A model generated the notes under the pieces. It saw nothing but the letters and a program-made list of their open reading frames with translations, had not been told where the DNA came from and searched no databases. Shown here in pieces: positions 1 through 10,970 of a stretch of DNA of 64,000 nucleotides; the stretch's first letter is position 1; each line of letters begins with the position of its first letter. Both the position numbers and the translations under genes were made by a program. Source of the DNA: Deltaproteobacteria bacterium (GTDB lineage: Bacteria; Desulfobacterota; Syntrophia; Syntrophales; Smithellaceae); assembly GCA_025355175.1 (NCBI GenBank), contig JANYAF010000175.1:882-64881 (forward strand). Reading direction: 5' to 3'.

Positions 1-395
1 AAGCACAGAGGAACCTTTCTTCGTAAGTAAACGATTCCTGCGGCAAATAAAGCGATATAAAGACTTAAATAACAAGCCAGCAGCAGCATGATCGTTACAC
101 CCAGATACAAGGGCAGATGGCCGTAATTCACAACGACGTATGTGATCCAGTATATGATGCCGACGCAAGCCGTAAGTCCTGTAATCCATCCCAGGAACAA
201 TGCCCTGCGGAGAGACACAACCTCCCGTAAAGCAATAAACAGGGGAATGAAGGCAATCCAGGCAATGAATCCCAGGCCAAATTTGGGGAAAGATAAAAAC
301 AGCAAAATACCGCTGAGTACTGCGAAAAAAATACTGTGGCCACTCAGCTTCTTGTTTGAGGTATCCGGTTCTACATGTGAAGCGTTATTCTTCAT
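1..395 (-). CDS. lnt: apolipoprotein N-acyltransferase, N-terminal fragment (runs off window edge)
   Basis: Not in the ORF track. My own minus-strand translation from the ATG at 395-393 gives [59 protein letters not shown]..., with no stop before position 1. This is a multi-TM Lnt-like N-terminus. It overlaps the corC stop, which fits the classic corC-lnt synteny. Confidence 0.75.
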   Translation of the reverse strand, partial: MKNNASHVEPDTSNKKLSGHSIFFAVLSGILLFLSFPKFGLGFIAWIAFIPLFIALREVVSLRRALFLGWITGLTACVGIIYWITYVVVNYGHLPLYLGVTIMLLLACYLSLYIALFAAGIVYLRRKVPLC

Positions 396-1209
396 TTAAA
401 TTTTCATCGTCCACTTTTGTTATTTTAACTTTTTTAATACTGCGTTCGTCGGCGTTTTCGATGATAATATCCATTCCTTCTATTTGAAAATTCTCTCCCT
501 GGTGAGGAATTCGTCGAATCGTATTTAAAATAAGACCACCCACCGTTTCATATCGGCCTCTTTCCAGACTCATATTCAGATGCTCTTCTAGTTTCTCGAT
601 TTCAGTGCGTCCGTCAACGATAATAGATCCCTCGTCAGTCTGGATAATGTCTTCGCAATCGGACTTTTCTTCATGTTCATCCCGGATATCGCCGACGATC
701 TCTTCCAGTAAATCCTCAAGGGTGACTAGACCGGACGTGCCACCATACTCATCGATAACAATGGCAATATGCTTTTTGTTGTTCTTAAGCTCATAAAACA
801 ACAAATGAGCGTTTTTCGTTTCAGGGATGTAATAAGGCTTGGTCAGGTGTGACAATATATCGGCGATTGTCAGGGGTTGCGACCAGGTTTTAAGCAGATC
901 CTTAACATTCAAAATACCGATGATATTATCAACCGACCCCCGGTGCATAGGAATGCGTGTGTAATGAGAATCGGCAAGCTTCTGAATAATGTCTTCCGGT
1001 GTATCGTCCTCGCTGATAGAGACAATATCCGTCCGTGGAATCATAATTTCGCGGACCAGGATGGATGTAAAATCCAGGATATTTTCGATCATCTCTCGTG
1101 ATGCATCGTCTAAAACACCACTTTTCTGCCCTTTGGCCAATATCGAAATAATTTCTCGACGAACATGTTCGGGCTTGCGCCAGAAAAATAGATCAGAAAT
1201 TTTTATCAT
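385..1209 (-). CDS. corC: CBS-pair / CorC_HlyC domain protein (magnesium/cobalt efflux-associated CorC/YbeX family)
   Basis: 274-aa ORF. It has the motif [13 protein letters not shown], a CBS pair, and a C-terminal transporter-associated domain ([26 protein letters not shown]). Confidence 0.85.
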   Translation of the reverse strand: MIKISDLFFWRKPEHVRREIISILAKGQKSGVLDDASREMIENILDFTSILVREIMIPRTDIVSISEDDTPEDIIQKLADSHYTRIPMHRGSVDNIIGILNVKDLLKTWSQPLTIADILSHLTKPYYIPETKNAHLLFYELKNNKKHIAIVIDEYGGTSGLVTLEDLLEEIVGDIRDEHEEKSDCEDIIQTDEGSIIVDGRTEIEKLEEHLNMSLERGRYETVGGLILNTIRRIPHQGENFQIEGMDIIIENADERSIKKVKITKVDDENLNEE

Positions 1210-1391
1210 ATTCGTTTTAATATCTCCCGAAATTACAGGCCTCGTAAATACTCAGGCCGCATTCTGCTTAAATCTTTTTCTTCAATGACCGAAGCGATCG
1301 TTTGATGACCTCATTCTAGAAAATATTATAGTTGCTTATTAAACATGACCAATCGATTATGTCAATCATCCTTATCAAGCAAGTCTCAAAC

Positions 1392-1422
1392 AAAAAAAGG
1401 GAGCCGCAATAAGCTGACTCCC
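1392..1422 (-). terminator. Rho-independent terminator after tRNA-Asp
   Basis: On the minus strand: GGGAGTCAGC-TTAT-TGCGGCTCCC hairpin followed by TTTTTTTG, starting 10 nt after the tRNA 3' end. Confidence 0.6.
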
Positions 1423-1432
1423 TTCGATTTTC

Positions 1433-1509
1433 TGGCGGGGCCAAGGGGACTTGAACCCCTGCCCTCCGGCGTGACAGGCCGGCGTTATAACCAACTTAAC
1501 TATGACCCC
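1433..1509 (-). tRNA. tRNA-Asp (anticodon GTC)
   Basis: Hand-folded cloverleaf: acceptor GGGGTCA/TGGCCCC, anticodon stem CCGGC/GCCGG, loop CTGTCAC, T-loop TTCAAGT, encoded CCA. Confidence 0.93.
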
Positions 1510-1553
1510 CAAAAATCATTTATTAAAGTTTTTTAACTTCCTTTTTCTTGTTC

Positions 1554-1629
1554 TGGTAGGCGGGACAGGGCTCGAACCTGTGACATCCACGGTGTAAGCG
1601 TGGCGCTCTTCCAGCTGAGCTACCCGCCC
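1554..1629 (-). tRNA. tRNA-Val (anticodon TAC)
   Basis: Hand-folded cloverleaf: GGGCGGGTAGCTCAGCTGGAAGAGC..., anticodon stem CCACG/CGTGG, loop CTTACAC, T-loop TTCGAGC, encoded CCA. Confidence 0.93.
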
Positions 1630-1653
1630 ACATGCCCAAAAAAAGCTGCATGG

Positions 1654-1682
1654 CTTCTAGCAATATTGAGATTTCTTGTCAA
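1654..1682 (-). promoter_or_regulatory. candidate sigma70 promoter for the tRNA-Val/tRNA-Asp unit
   Basis: Minus strand: TTGACA, 17-nt spacer, TAGAAG. The -10 box ends about 25 nt upstream of the tRNA-Val 5' end. Confidence 0.35.
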
Positions 1683-1704
1683 GATATAAAATCAGCAATC
1701 TCCG

Positions 1705-4113
1705 TTAATTCACAGGCAGGGCGCTAACCTGTATATCGGTTGTTACAGTCTCGCTGAAATCATCCTCATCTTTTACAAACGCAATATCCAGCACCTCGTC
1801 GATGTGATCCACAAAAACGATTTTCAGGGCATTTTGGACATTGTGGGGGACTTCCGCCAGATCTTTTTCATTATCTTTCGGGATAATAACCATTTTAATG
1901 TTGCCGCGATGAGCCGCAAGAATTTTTTCTTTCAGACCACCGATAGGTAATACCCGGCCCCTTAATGTGATTTCACCGGTCATGGCCAAGTCCGCGCGGA
2001 CTTTCTTTTTCATGAGAGCCGAGGCAATGGATGTGGCCATCGCAATGCCGGCGGATGGGCCATCCTTGGGAATCGCTCCTTCCGGCACGTGGACATGTAT
2101 GTCTATTTTTTTATAGAAGTTTTTCGCTAAACCAAACTTTTCGGCGCGTGCCCGGATATAAGTAAGAGCCGCCTGAACGGATTCCTGCATGACATCACCC
2201 AGTTTCCCGGTCATAACCATACGGCCTGTTCCTTCCATGATGGATGCTTCAATGGCCAACAATTCGCCTCCGACTTCCGTCCAAGCTAACCCGGTAGTCA
2301 AACCAATCTGATTTTTCTCTTCTGTTTCGCCATGACGGAATTTCGGAACACCCAAATATTTCGGTATGTTTTTGGAACTGATTACAATTTTTTTCCGGGC
2401 GCCGTTACTGACAATTTCTTTGGCAACTTTGCGGCATACAGATGCAATCTCTCGTTCCAGATTACGTACCCCAGCTTCCCTTGTGTATTCCCGGATAATT
2501 CGTAGTACTGCGCCTTTAGTAAACTCAATATTATCAACTGCCAGACCATTGGCTTCCGTTTCCTTCGTCAGGAGGAATTTTATTACAATCTGCAGTTTCT
2601 CCTGTTCTGTGTAACCGGCAATACGGATCACTTCCATTCTGTCCTGCAAGGGCGCCGGTATGGTCTGCAAAATATTAGCTGTCGTGATGAACATAATGTC
2701 AGATAAATTATAATCCACATCCAGATAATTATCATTGAATGCGAAATTCTGTTCAGGATCAAGTACTTCAAGCAAAGCTGAGGAGGGATCGCCGCGGAAA
2801 TCGGAGCTGAGTTTATCCACTTCGTCCAGACAGAAGACAGGATTATTCGAACCCGCCTTTTTGAGCGATTGAATGATTTTTCCCGGCATCGCGCCGATAT
2901 AGGTTCTGCGATGACCGCGTATTTCCGCTTCATCGCGGACGCCGCCCAGGGATATACGAACAAACTTTCGATTCGTGGCGCGGGCCACTGATTTGGCAAT
3001 TGACGTTTTTCCCACACCGGGAGGACCGACCAGACAAAGAATCGGCCCTTTATTTTTTTTAACCAGGGATTGAACAGCCAGATATTCAATGATTCTTTCC
3101 TTGACCTTTTTCAATCCATAATGGTCTTCATCGAGGATATTTTCTGATTCTTTCAAAGTGTATTTATTTTCTGTGACGTCTGACCAGGGCATATCCAACA
3201 GCCAGTCGATATAATTGCGAACAACAGTGGCTTCCGCCGACATAGGCGCCATCATCTGCAATTTTTTAATTTCCTGGCGAACTTTCTTTGTTGCTTCCTC
3301 GGAGAGCTTCTTCTGTTTGAGGCGCTTTTCCATATCTACTATTTCATTCTTAAAATCATCTTTTTCGCCCATTTCCTTTTGGATGGCGCGCATTTGTTCA
3401 TTAAGATAGTAGTCTTTCTGAGTTTTCTCCATTTGCTTTTTGACGCGGCGTTTGATCTTTTCTTCGACCTGCAAAATCTCTATTTCAGAGAGCATCAGCG
3501 AATAAATGGCCTCCAGCCGTTCACTGATGTTGTAGATTTCCATAATCTTTTGTTTATCTTCCAGTTTTACATTGAGATGGGTAACCACCACATCGGCAAG
3601 CTTGGATGGGTCTTCGATTGCGGCAATCGTGCCCATCATTTCCACATGAATTTTCTTGCTGAGTTTCAGATAAAGCTCAAAAGATTCTTTGATGCTGCGC
3701 ATCAACGCCTGTTTTCTGATGTTATTCGGGTCATCATCGACATCTTCAATATCAGCGACTTTCACGAGAAAGAAATCGTCATTTTTGAGATATTCCTGGA
3801 TAGATCCGCGCGTCTTACCTTCGACCAGCACCTTCACAGTGCCATCCGGCAAACGCAGCAGCTGGATGATAATGCCTATCGTTCCAACCCGGTAAATGTC
3901 TTCCTCTGCGGGATCATCTTTTTTCGCGTTTTTCTGGGCTACCATGAAAATTCCTTTTTCGTATTTCATGGCGGATTCCAGAGCGGCGATAGACTTTTCC
4001 CGGCCGACAAATAACGGCACAATCATATGCGGAAAAACAACCACATCCCTCAGCGGCAAAAGAGGAATGATGTTCGTTTTATTTTGGTCATTATAGTTTT
4101 GTTCTTCGGTCAT
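1705..4113 (-). CDS. lon: ATP-dependent Lon protease
   Basis: 802 aa. Walker [10 protein letters not shown], the LonA N-domain start ([15 protein letters not shown]), and the protease serine motif [11 protein letters not shown]. Confidence 0.97.
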   Translation of the reverse strand: MTEEQNYNDQNKTNIIPLLPLRDVVVFPHMIVPLFVGREKSIAALESAMKYEKGIFMVAQKNAKKDDPAEEDIYRVGTIGIIIQLLRLPDGTVKVLVEGKTRGSIQEYLKNDDFFLVKVADIEDVDDDPNNIRKQALMRSIKESFELYLKLSKKIHVEMMGTIAAIEDPSKLADVVVTHLNVKLEDKQKIMEIYNISERLEAIYSLMLSEIEILQVEEKIKRRVKKQMEKTQKDYYLNEQMRAIQKEMGEKDDFKNEIVDMEKRLKQKKLSEEATKKVRQEIKKLQMMAPMSAEATVVRNYIDWLLDMPWSDVTENKYTLKESENILDEDHYGLKKVKERIIEYLAVQSLVKKNKGPILCLVGPPGVGKTSIAKSVARATNRKFVRISLGGVRDEAEIRGHRRTYIGAMPGKIIQSLKKAGSNNPVFCLDEVDKLSSDFRGDPSSALLEVLDPEQNFAFNDNYLDVDYNLSDIMFITTANILQTIPAPLQDRMEVIRIAGYTEQEKLQIVIKFLLTKETEANGLAVDNIEFTKGAVLRIIREYTREAGVRNLEREIASVCRKVAKEIVSNGARKKIVISSKNIPKYLGVPKFRHGETEEKNQIGLTTGLAWTEVGGELLAIEASIMEGTGRMVMTGKLGDVMQESVQAALTYIRARAEKFGLAKNFYKKIDIHVHVPEGAIPKDGPSAGIAMATSIASALMKKKVRADLAMTGEITLRGRVLPIGGLKEKILAAHRGNIKMVIIPKDNEKDLAEVPHNVQNALKIVFVDHIDEVLDIAFVKDEDDFSETVTTDIQVSALPVN

Positions 4114-4137
4114 TCAATTTTCCTAAGTAGTTTTTTG

Positions 4138-5397
4138 TTATGCAGACTCAGATTTTGTGTCGTATATCAAAATTGGTTTTTCCTTATTGATAACAACTTC
4201 CTCGCTGATCACACACTCTTTCACATCCCGCTGCGACGGAATGTCGTACATCACTTCGAGCATCGTGTTTTCCAGAACGGAGCGTAAACCACGCGCACCG
4301 GATTTTCGTTCCATGGATAATTTGGCGACACAGCGTAGTGCACCGTCGGTAAACTTCAGATTGACGTTTTCCAGTTCGAATAATTTCTTGTATTGTTTGA
4401 TGATCGCATCTTTAGGTTCCATTAAAATACGAACCAATGAGGCTTCGTCCAGATCATCCAGTGTGGAAATAACGGGCAATCGTCCGATAAATTCGGGAAT
4501 AAGACCGAATTTGAGCAGATCTTCAGATCGAACTTCCGCAAGCAACTCTCCAATTCTTTTTTCTTTCTTGCTTTTAATTTCCGCACCGAAACCCATAGTG
4601 TTCGTGCCGATACGCTTGGAAATAATGTTTTCCAGATCATTGAAAGCGCCGCCACAAATAAACAAAATATTCGTGGTATCAACCTGAATAAATTCCTGTT
4701 GCGGATGCTTGCGGCCGCCTTTCGGTGGAATATTGGCCATGGTTCCTTCCATGATTTTCAGCAGGGCTTGCTGAACACCCTCCCCGGAAACATCCCGGGT
4801 AATGGAAGGATTGCCTGATTTTTTTGCGATCTTGTCTATTTCATCAATATAAACAATTCCTTTTGATGCGCGTGCGACATCATAATCAGCATTTTGCAGC
4901 AGACTTAAAATGATATTTTCAACATCTTCACCTACGTATCCGGCTTCAGTCAAGGTGGTGGCATCCGCTATCGTAAAGGGAACATTGAGCATTTTTGCCA
5001 GTGTCTTTGCCAGTAATGTTTTTCCCGACCCTGTAGGACCGACCAAAAGGACGTTACTTTTCTGAATTTCAACACCATCTGTTGAACTGACATTGGAAAA
5101 CAGCCTTTTATAATGATTATAAACCGCCACGGATAGTATTTTCTTTGTTTTTTCCTGACCGATGACATAGGAATCAAGAAATTTCTTAATTTCCTTCGGT
5201 TCAGGCAAAACATTTTTAGGGCCTTTTTCTACCGTCTTTTCTTCTTCTTCAACGATACAACGGCACAGTTCGATACACTCATCGCAAATATAAGCAGTCG
5301 GACCGGCGACTAATTTACGGACTTCGCTTTGCATCTTCCCGCAAAATGAACAAAAAAGCATACCTTGACCTCGATTATCTTTACTTCTTTTTATCAC
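4138..5397 (-). CDS. clpX: ATP-dependent Clp protease ATP-binding subunit ClpX
   Basis: 419 aa. N-terminal zinc finger CSFCGK...CDEC and Walker A GPTGSGKT. Sits in tig-clpP-clpX-lon synteny. Confidence 0.97.
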   Translation of the reverse strand: MIKRSKDNRGQGMLFCSFCGKMQSEVRKLVAGPTAYICDECIELCRCIVEEEEKTVEKGPKNVLPEPKEIKKFLDSYVIGQEKTKKILSVAVYNHYKRLFSNVSSTDGVEIQKSNVLLVGPTGSGKTLLAKTLAKMLNVPFTIADATTLTEAGYVGEDVENIILSLLQNADYDVARASKGIVYIDEIDKIAKKSGNPSITRDVSGEGVQQALLKIMEGTMANIPPKGGRKHPQQEFIQVDTTNILFICGGAFNDLENIISKRIGTNTMGFGAEIKSKKEKRIGELLAEVRSEDLLKFGLIPEFIGRLPVISTLDDLDEASLVRILMEPKDAIIKQYKKLFELENVNLKFTDGALRCVAKLSMERKSGARGLRSVLENTMLEVMYDIPSQRDVKECVISEEVVINKEKPILIYDTKSESA

Positions 5398-5409
5398 TTA
5401 AATTCTCCT

Positions 5410-6012
5410 TTATTTAACGCCGGATAACGCAGGTTTTCTTACTACTAATTCATCAATTAAACCATAGTCTTTAGCTTGATGACTGGTCATAAAGTAGTCG
5501 CGCTCCGTATCATTCATAATTTTTGCCAGTTGCTGACCGGTTAATTCAGCTAGGATCTTATTTAATTCGTCTTTTAATCTCAGGATTTCTCTGGCCTGAA
5601 TGTCAATATCCGTTGCCTGCCCCTGAAAACCACCGAGAGGCTGATGGATTAAAATTCGTGAATGCGGCAGGGCAAATCTTTTCCCTTTTTCACCGGCCGC
5701 CAGAAGAATTGCCGCCATGCTGGCCGCCTGCCCCATGCATACCGTGGAAATTTGAGGTTTAATATACTGCATCGTATCATAAATGGCCATGCCCGAACTG
5801 ACATGTCCACCAGGCGAATTCAAATAGAAAAAAATCTCTTTATCCGGGTCTTCGGCTTCCAGATAAAGCATTTGGGCAACAACAACATTAGCGACATTAT
5901 CGTCGATAGCCGTTCCCAGAAATATAATTCTGTCCTTCAAAAGGCGGGAATAAATGTCGAATGCCCTTTCGCCTCGACCATCTTGTTCCACCACCATCGG
6001 TATTAAATTCAC
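5410..6012 (-). CDS. clpP: ATP-dependent Clp protease proteolytic subunit ClpP
   Basis: 200 aa. [19 protein letters not shown] and active-site context GQAASMAA. Confidence 0.97.
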   Translation of the reverse strand: MNLIPMVVEQDGRGERAFDIYSRLLKDRIIFLGTAIDDNVANVVVAQMLYLEAEDPDKEIFFYLNSPGGHVSSGMAIYDTMQYIKPQISTVCMGQAASMAAILLAAGEKGKRFALPHSRILIHQPLGGFQGQATDIDIQAREILRLKDELNKILAELTGQQLAKIMNDTERDYFMTSHQAKDYGLIDELVVRKPALSGVK

Positions 6013-7334
6013 GGGGCAACCTCCCGTTCCATTCCAATTTTTTCAACCACTTTAATATTGGCCTCACGTTCGATAAAGTCAAATACCTTTTTCTGGATAA
6101 TTTCCGATTTCAAAGAGTCCACTCTCTCTTCATTGTCATATGCGCCCTTGACCACTTCATAATCCGTGTGGTGAATATCAGCTAATTCTTTGATGTGATT
6201 ATCAATTTCATCTTCAGAGACCGTAATGGCTTCTTTTTCAGCTATTTTCTTAAGAAGCAGAAAGGATCTAACCGTTTTTTCCGCGTCCTGTTTGAACTGA
6301 TCGTGCATGCCAAAGCTCAGTTCCATCGCGTTTTTTTCATCCATGCCGGCGGATTTCATCCTTTTTTGCGTATCCGATATCATATAGAAAATCTGTCGCT
6401 CCACCAGTGACGGAGGCGCTTCAAATTCGTTGGCCTTAAGAATGGCTTCCGTTATTTTATCCTGCAACTGTAAATCACTCTGGCGTTTGCATTGATCTTC
6501 CATTGATTTTCGCACATCATTCTTTAAATCTTCCAGGGTATTATACTTGTCGAAATTTTTAATGAAGTTTTCGTCGATTTCAGGCAGTTTTTGCTCTTTG
6601 AGGCCTTTGATGGTCACCGTAAACACAACATCCTTGCCTGCCATCTTTGTCTCATGATAATCGGCTGGAAATGTAAGGTTGATCTCTTTTTTTTCGCCGC
6701 TTTTCATCCCTACGAGTTGCTCTTCAAAGCCGGGAATAAACCTTTTCGATCCCAATTTCAGCAGGAAATTGTCCGATTTAAGCTCTGGAAGCCCTTCACC
6801 ATTCAGCGTTCCGGCAAAGTCAATCGTTACAAAATCACCCATCGCAGATTGCCGATCCTCCGTGATATCCTGCATGGTGGCAAACATCTTGCGGATTTCC
6901 TGAAGACGTTTCTCCATGTCTTCTTCCGATACGGAAATGTTTATCTTTTCTAAGTCAATCCCCTGATAACCCTGCGGTTCAAAGGCCGGTTCCGTTTCAA
7001 AAGAGGCGCTGAAGGCAAAGTCCTTGTTTTCCTTTAATCCATCCTGCTCGATTTCCGGGCGGGAAAGCGTTACAATCCCCCGATCATCAAGTTCCTGCCA
7101 ATAGTATTTGTTGACAACGTTGGTAATCGTCTCCCCTTCGGCATCGGCTTTAAAATGATTTTCCAGTATCTTGCGGGGAATTTTTCCCGGACGGAAACCT
7201 TTTATCTTGGCTTTTTTGCCAATGTCACGATAAACATTTTCCAACTCATCTTTAACAAAAGCCCAGGGTATCTCAAATGATATTTTTTTCTTAACCTGGC
7301 TGATATCCTCTACTTTTACGGAAAGCTCACTCAC
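6009..7334 (-). CDS. tig: trigger factor
   Basis: 441 aa. Ribosome-binding motif GFRPGKIPR and a central FKBP-like domain. Overlaps the clpP start by 4 nt. Confidence 0.95.
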   Translation of the reverse strand: MSELSVKVEDISQVKKKISFEIPWAFVKDELENVYRDIGKKAKIKGFRPGKIPRKILENHFKADAEGETITNVVNKYYWQELDDRGIVTLSRPEIEQDGLKENKDFAFSASFETEPAFEPQGYQGIDLEKINISVSEEDMEKRLQEIRKMFATMQDITEDRQSAMGDFVTIDFAGTLNGEGLPELKSDNFLLKLGSKRFIPGFEEQLVGMKSGEKKEINLTFPADYHETKMAGKDVVFTVTIKGLKEQKLPEIDENFIKNFDKYNTLEDLKNDVRKSMEDQCKRQSDLQLQDKITEAILKANEFEAPPSLVERQIFYMISDTQKRMKSAGMDEKNAMELSFGMHDQFKQDAEKTVRSFLLLKKIAEKEAITVSEDEIDNHIKELADIHHTDYEVVKGAYDNEERVDSLKSEIIQKKVFDFIEREANIKVVEKIGMEREVAP

Positions 7335-7375
7335 TCCTTTATTCTCCTATTCTAAATTATTATACGTTTTCATTC

Positions 7376-7462
7376 TGGTGCGAGAGAAGGGACTTGAACC
7401 CTTAACCGCGTTTGCGGGCTGGATCCTAAGTCCAGTGCGTCTGCCAATTCCGCCACTCTCGC
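7376..7462 (-). tRNA. tRNA-Leu (anticodon TAG)
   Basis: Hand fold: acceptor GCGAGAG, anticodon stem CTGGA/TCCAG, loop CTTAGGA, long variable arm, T-loop TTCAAGT, CCA. Confidence 0.9.
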
Positions 7463-7610
7463 CTCTTGGTTATTGAATTATATATGCATTACTCAAAATG
7501 TCAACGCGGATTATTATCGGCGTACTGCAACAAAACCAATTAAATTAAGCTTTTCATTGGTCGCGTTCTGTAAATGATAATTCGATTTAATGCAAGAAAA
7601 ATATTGGAAA

Positions 7611-7687
7611 TGGTCGGGGCGAGTGGATTTGAACCACCGGCCCTCTGAACCCCATTCAGATACGCTACCAGACTGCGCCACGCCCCG
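7611..7687 (-). tRNA. tRNA-Pro (anticodon GGG)
   Basis: Hand fold: acceptor CGGGGCG/CGCCCCG, anticodon stem TCTGA/TCAGA, loop ATGGGGT, T-loop TTCAAAT, CCA. Confidence 0.9.
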
Positions 7688-7897
7688 ACATGATGTGCTG
7701 TAAAGTGTTGAGGTCATTACCACCATCGTGAAACCATGTCAAGAACAAACAAAAACCAAACAGGGTTCGTCCATGAATATTTCTCTTTTTATATTCGATA
7801 GAATGTATAGATGATCATAAGTGAATTGGAAATTCCACATGGAAAGCCGGGGAATTTTCTTCTTGTACTAAAATTATCATTCAAGTATGATAAGGTC

Positions 7898-8521
7898 ATG
7901 ATCTACAAGACAAACCTAAATTGTTTTCAATTAATTGGAACGCTGCAGACAATTTTCTTGGTTTCAGCTTTATTGCTGCTTATGCATGCCGTTCCTTCTT
8001 ATGCGGATATTTATAAATATGAGGATGCAGACGGCGTGATCCATCTGACCAACGTACCCTCCAATCCTAAAGCCAAATACGTCATGATCATGAAGGAAAA
8101 GAGAGTACTTTTTTCGAAAGTCATCAATATCCGTCAATATGACAAAATTATCAGCCAAGCTGCCGGCAAGTTTAATCTTGATGTCGCCTTGATTAAAGCT
8201 GTCATCAAAGCGGAATCAAATTTTAATCATCAGGCTGTTTCGCGTGCCGGCGCAAAGGGGCTCATGCAGTTGATGCCTCAAACCGCTTCCACTCTGAAGG
8301 TTGATGATGTTTTTCATCCCGGTGATAATATCGAAGGAGGCGCCCGTTATCTGCGTTATCTTCTGAATCTCTATAGAGGCAACCTGACGCTCGCACTGGC
8401 TGCCTATAATGCGGGCGAAGGGGCTGTGGCAAAATACAATTACGGTGTGCCGCCTTATCGTGAAACACAAAATTACATCAGGCGCGTCCTTGCTTTTTAT
8501 GAGTCCTACGGCAAGTCATAA
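7898..8521 (+). CDS. lytic murein transglycosylase (SLT domain), secreted
   Basis: SLT motifs AESNFNHQAVSRAGAKGLMQLMP and AAYNAGEGAV. A signal peptide follows the Met at 7898 (..LLLLMHAVPSYA/DIY). The track ORF starts at 7811, so the start is uncertain. Confidence 0.85.
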   Translation: MIYKTNLNCFQLIGTLQTIFLVSALLLLMHAVPSYADIYKYEDADGVIHLTNVPSNPKAKYVMIMKEKRVLFSKVINIRQYDKIISQAAGKFNLDVALIKAVIKAESNFNHQAVSRAGAKGLMQLMPQTASTLKVDDVFHPGDNIEGGARYLRYLLNLYRGNLTLALAAYNAGEGAVAKYNYGVPPYRETQNYIRRVLAFYESYGKS

Positions 8522-8542
8522 CCCTTGTGCTACATGCCTCCA

Positions 8543-8573
8543 ATCACCCCCCTATCCCCGCCAGCGGGGGACA
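8543..8573. repeat. short GC-rich intergenic element, copy A (C-run plus CCCCG-CCAG-CGGGG hairpin)
   Basis: ATCACCCCCCTATCCCCGCCAGCGGGGGACA. 26 of 31 positions are identical to copy B at 26432-26462, in the same orientation. Confidence 0.6.
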
Positions 8574-8583
8574 CAAGCTGCGC

Positions 8584-9141
8584 TTACAGCTGATCGACAT
8601 AGAGATATTGTCTTAATTTCGACAGTTTTTTCCCCTTGATTCCTTTTATATCCATCAACTGGTCTAATTTATCAAATCGTCCAATTTTTTCCCGTTCTGC
8701 CACAATATTTGCAGCCAACACGTCTCCAACTCCGGGAATCAATTTTAATTCGTCCCGGTCTACCAGATTAATATCCAAAAGCAGTCCCAACGCTAATCTT
8801 TTCGCGGCATCCATCTTCTCAACAACAATGCCTCGATGATTTTCCTCCGGGACAAGACGTATTTTCATTCCATTTTGCAGTTGCATGTCTTCCGTGATTT
8901 TCCGGCTGAACCCCAGTTGTGAAAACATTTGATTGGCCGAAGTACGCGGTTCAATAAAAAAGACGCCGAACTCTCCGTTTTCGTCAACGATTTCAACAAT
9001 GAGGGTTTTGGAACTGGACATGGACAGAACCGGACTTTTTGAATTCATTGGAGAGGATGTAAAAAAACCGATAAAGGGAATAAGCGCTAAAAATATGGAT
9101 ACCGCGATTATTCCCTTTATCTGACGTTCAAACATCATCAT
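8584..9141 (-). CDS. comEA: ComEA-family helix-hairpin-helix DNA-binding protein (membrane-anchored, SLBB-like middle domain)
   Basis: 185 aa. N-terminal TM segment and C-terminal tandem HhH (LIPGVGDVLAANIVAEREKIGRFDKLDQLMDIKGIKGKKLSKL). Confidence 0.8.
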   Translation of the reverse strand: MMMFERQIKGIIAVSIFLALIPFIGFFTSSPMNSKSPVLSMSSSKTLIVEIVDENGEFGVFFIEPRTSANQMFSQLGFSRKITEDMQLQNGMKIRLVPEENHRGIVVEKMDAAKRLALGLLLDINLVDRDELKLIPGVGDVLAANIVAEREKIGRFDKLDQLMDIKGIKGKKLSKLRQYLYVDQL

Positions 9142-9144
9142 TTT

Positions 9145-10365
9145 TTACTTTTTCTTTTCCAAATGAAACGCGTCATGAAGCACCATGACGGCCAATTCCG
9201 TATACTTTCTCTGGATTACACAGGATATTTTAATTTCCGACGTGCTGATCATCATGATATTGATACCTTCATCCGCCATGGTTTGGAACATTTTTGCCGC
9301 GACACCGGAATGACTGACCATGCCTACACCGATGATCGATACTTTCGCGACTTCATCGTCCACTTCCACTCTTTTTGCGCCAATTTCTTTGGCTGTCGCT
9401 TCAACAATTTTTTGCGCTTCTTTCATCTCCTTTTTCGATACGGTGAAAGTCAAATCCGTATAACCTTGCGCACTGGCATTTTGAATAATCATATCGACGC
9501 TGATATTTCGTTCCGACAAAGGCGTAAATAAATTCGCCGCGATTCCCGGTTTATCCGGTATATGAACAACCGTAATTTTCGCCTGGTCACGATCATATGT
9601 GATTCCTGACAGTACTTCTCTCTCCATCTCTTTATCCTCCTTCGTTACAAGTGTTCCGCCTTCATCGGAAAAGGTTGATTTGACATAAACAGGCACATCG
9701 TATTTTTTGGCCATTTCTACGGAACGAGGTTGCAAAACCTTCGCGCCGGTCATGGCCATTTCCAGCATCTCGTCGTAGGAAATCCTATCCAGCCTTCTGG
9801 CGCTAGCGCAGATGTTGGGATCGGTTGTATAAACGCCGTCCACATCCGTGTATATGTCGCATCGGTCGGCAGTAAGCGCAGCAGCCAATGCCACCGCGCT
9901 GGTGTCGGAACCGCCGCGACCCAGGGTGGTAATGTTATTATCATCGTCCACGCCCTGAAATCCGGCAACGACAACAATGGTGCCTTTCTTGAGTTCTTTC
10001 TGGATGATATCCGTATCGATCATGGATATCCGCGCTTTCTGATAAGCCTTATCCGTCAATATCCTGACCTGAAAACCCAGAAAGGAGCGAGAAGGATACC
10101 CCATCGAATTCAGCACAATAGACAGCAGGGTAATCGTCACCTGTTCCCCTGTTGAAATCAACGAGTCATATTCCCTCTTATCGGGAGAATCAGCAGCGCT
10201 ATGCGCCAGATCAATCAGCCTGTTTGTTTCTCCCGCCATCGCGGAGAGCACCACAATGACGTCATGGCCCGCATTCTTCTCGCGGATCGCCTTGGCTGCT
10301 ACATCTTTTATCTTTTCAACATTCGCTACTGATGTTCCACCAAATTTCTGGACAACCAATCCCAT
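9145..10365 (-). CDS. lysC: aspartate kinase (monofunctional, two ACT domains)
   Basis: 406 aa. VQKFGGTSV start, GRGGSDTSAVALAA motif, C-terminal ACT pair. Confidence 0.96.
   Translation of the reverse strand: MGLVVQKFGGTSVANVEKIKDVAAKAIREKNAGHDVIVVLSAMAGETNRLIDLAHSAADSPDKREYDSLISTGEQVTITLLSIVLNSMGYPSRSFLGFQVRILTDKAYQKARISMIDTDIIQKELKKGTIVVVAGFQGVDDDNNITTLGRGGSDTSAVALAAALTADRCDIYTDVDGVYTTDPNICASARRLDRISYDEMLEMAMTGAKVLQPRSVEMAKKYDVPVYVKSTFSDEGGTLVTKEDKEMEREVLSGITYDRDQAKITVVHIPDKPGIAANLFTPLSERNISVDMIIQNASAQGYTDLTFTVSKKEMKEAQKIVEATAKEIGAKRVEVDDEVAKVSIIGVGMVSHSGVAAKMFQTMADEGINIMMISTSEIKISCVIQRKYTELAVMVLHDAFHLEKKK
9625..9642 (-). promoter_or_regulatory. internal in-frame Shine-Dalgarno plus ATG inside lysC (candidate beta-subunit start, Met247)
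   Basis: The minus strand reads AAGGAGG-ATAAAGAG-ATG. The ATG at 9627 is in frame, since 10365-9627 = 738 = 246 codons. Confidence 0.55.
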
Positions 10366-10368
10366 AGT

Positions 10369-10878
10369 CTAAACCTCCCTCTTGATATCTTTCAATAAGT
10401 CCCGGACTCTTTCTTGAGGTCCGCTGATAATTATTGTTCTTTTGTTTTCATCTACATACATAAATTTAATCGATACGGTATCAGGCGGTAAGGCATTGGC
10501 GATTTTCTCCGCCCATTCGATGGCGACCACGCCTTTCCCCGACACATATTCATCATAACCCAAATCATCCAGTTCGCCTATTCGATTCAATCGATAAACA
10601 TCAAAATGGTAAAACCGGTATCGCCCCGGATACTCATTAATCAGGGTAAAGGTCGGACTGGTAATTGTATAATTTTCGGCAACACCGAGACCGCGCGCCA
10701 ATCCGCCCGTAAAGCAGGTCTTGCCTGCGCCCAATTCGCCGGATAACGCGAAGACATCCCCTTCCCCAGCCTTTTCTCCAACAGTGAAACCTATTGCGAA
10801 TGTCTGCTCAGCGCTTTCCGATTCTATTTCAACAAGAGCCGTTTTTTCTTTCAATTGGAATGCCTGCAAATTCATCAT
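10369..10878 (-). CDS. tsaE: tRNA threonylcarbamoyladenosine biosynthesis ATPase TsaE
   Basis: 169 aa. P-loop GELGAGKT and the FYHFDVYRL motif. Confidence 0.9.
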   Translation of the reverse strand: MMNLQAFQLKEKTALVEIESESAEQTFAIGFTVGEKAGEGDVFALSGELGAGKTCFTGGLARGLGVAENYTITSPTFTLINEYPGRYRFYHFDVYRLNRIGELDDLGYDEYVSGKGVVAIEWAEKIANALPPDTVSIKFMYVDENKRTIIISGPQERVRDLLKDIKREV

Positions 10879-10913
10879 TTAATCCCGCTGTTGCGGGACG
10901 AGCGTTAATTCTC

Positions 10914-10970
10914 CGCGAGCTTGCTAGCGATATAATGACGTTCATTTCATACCTCGACAGCAAGCTCGCG
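10914..10970. repeat. 12-bp perfect inverted repeat with 33-nt loop in the acpS-tsaE spacer
   Basis: CGCGAGCTTGCT (10914-10925) pairs with AGCAAGCTCGCG (10959-10970). A second small hairpin, TCCCGC-TGTT-GCGGGA, lies at 10883-10898. Confidence 0.7.

Noticed and set aside
7514-7726. 70-aa ORF. Comparable ORFs lie at 1345-1536, 44872-45231 and 60172-60402
   Set aside because: Each overlaps one or two confidently folded tRNA genes, so these are tRNA-derived spurious reading frames.
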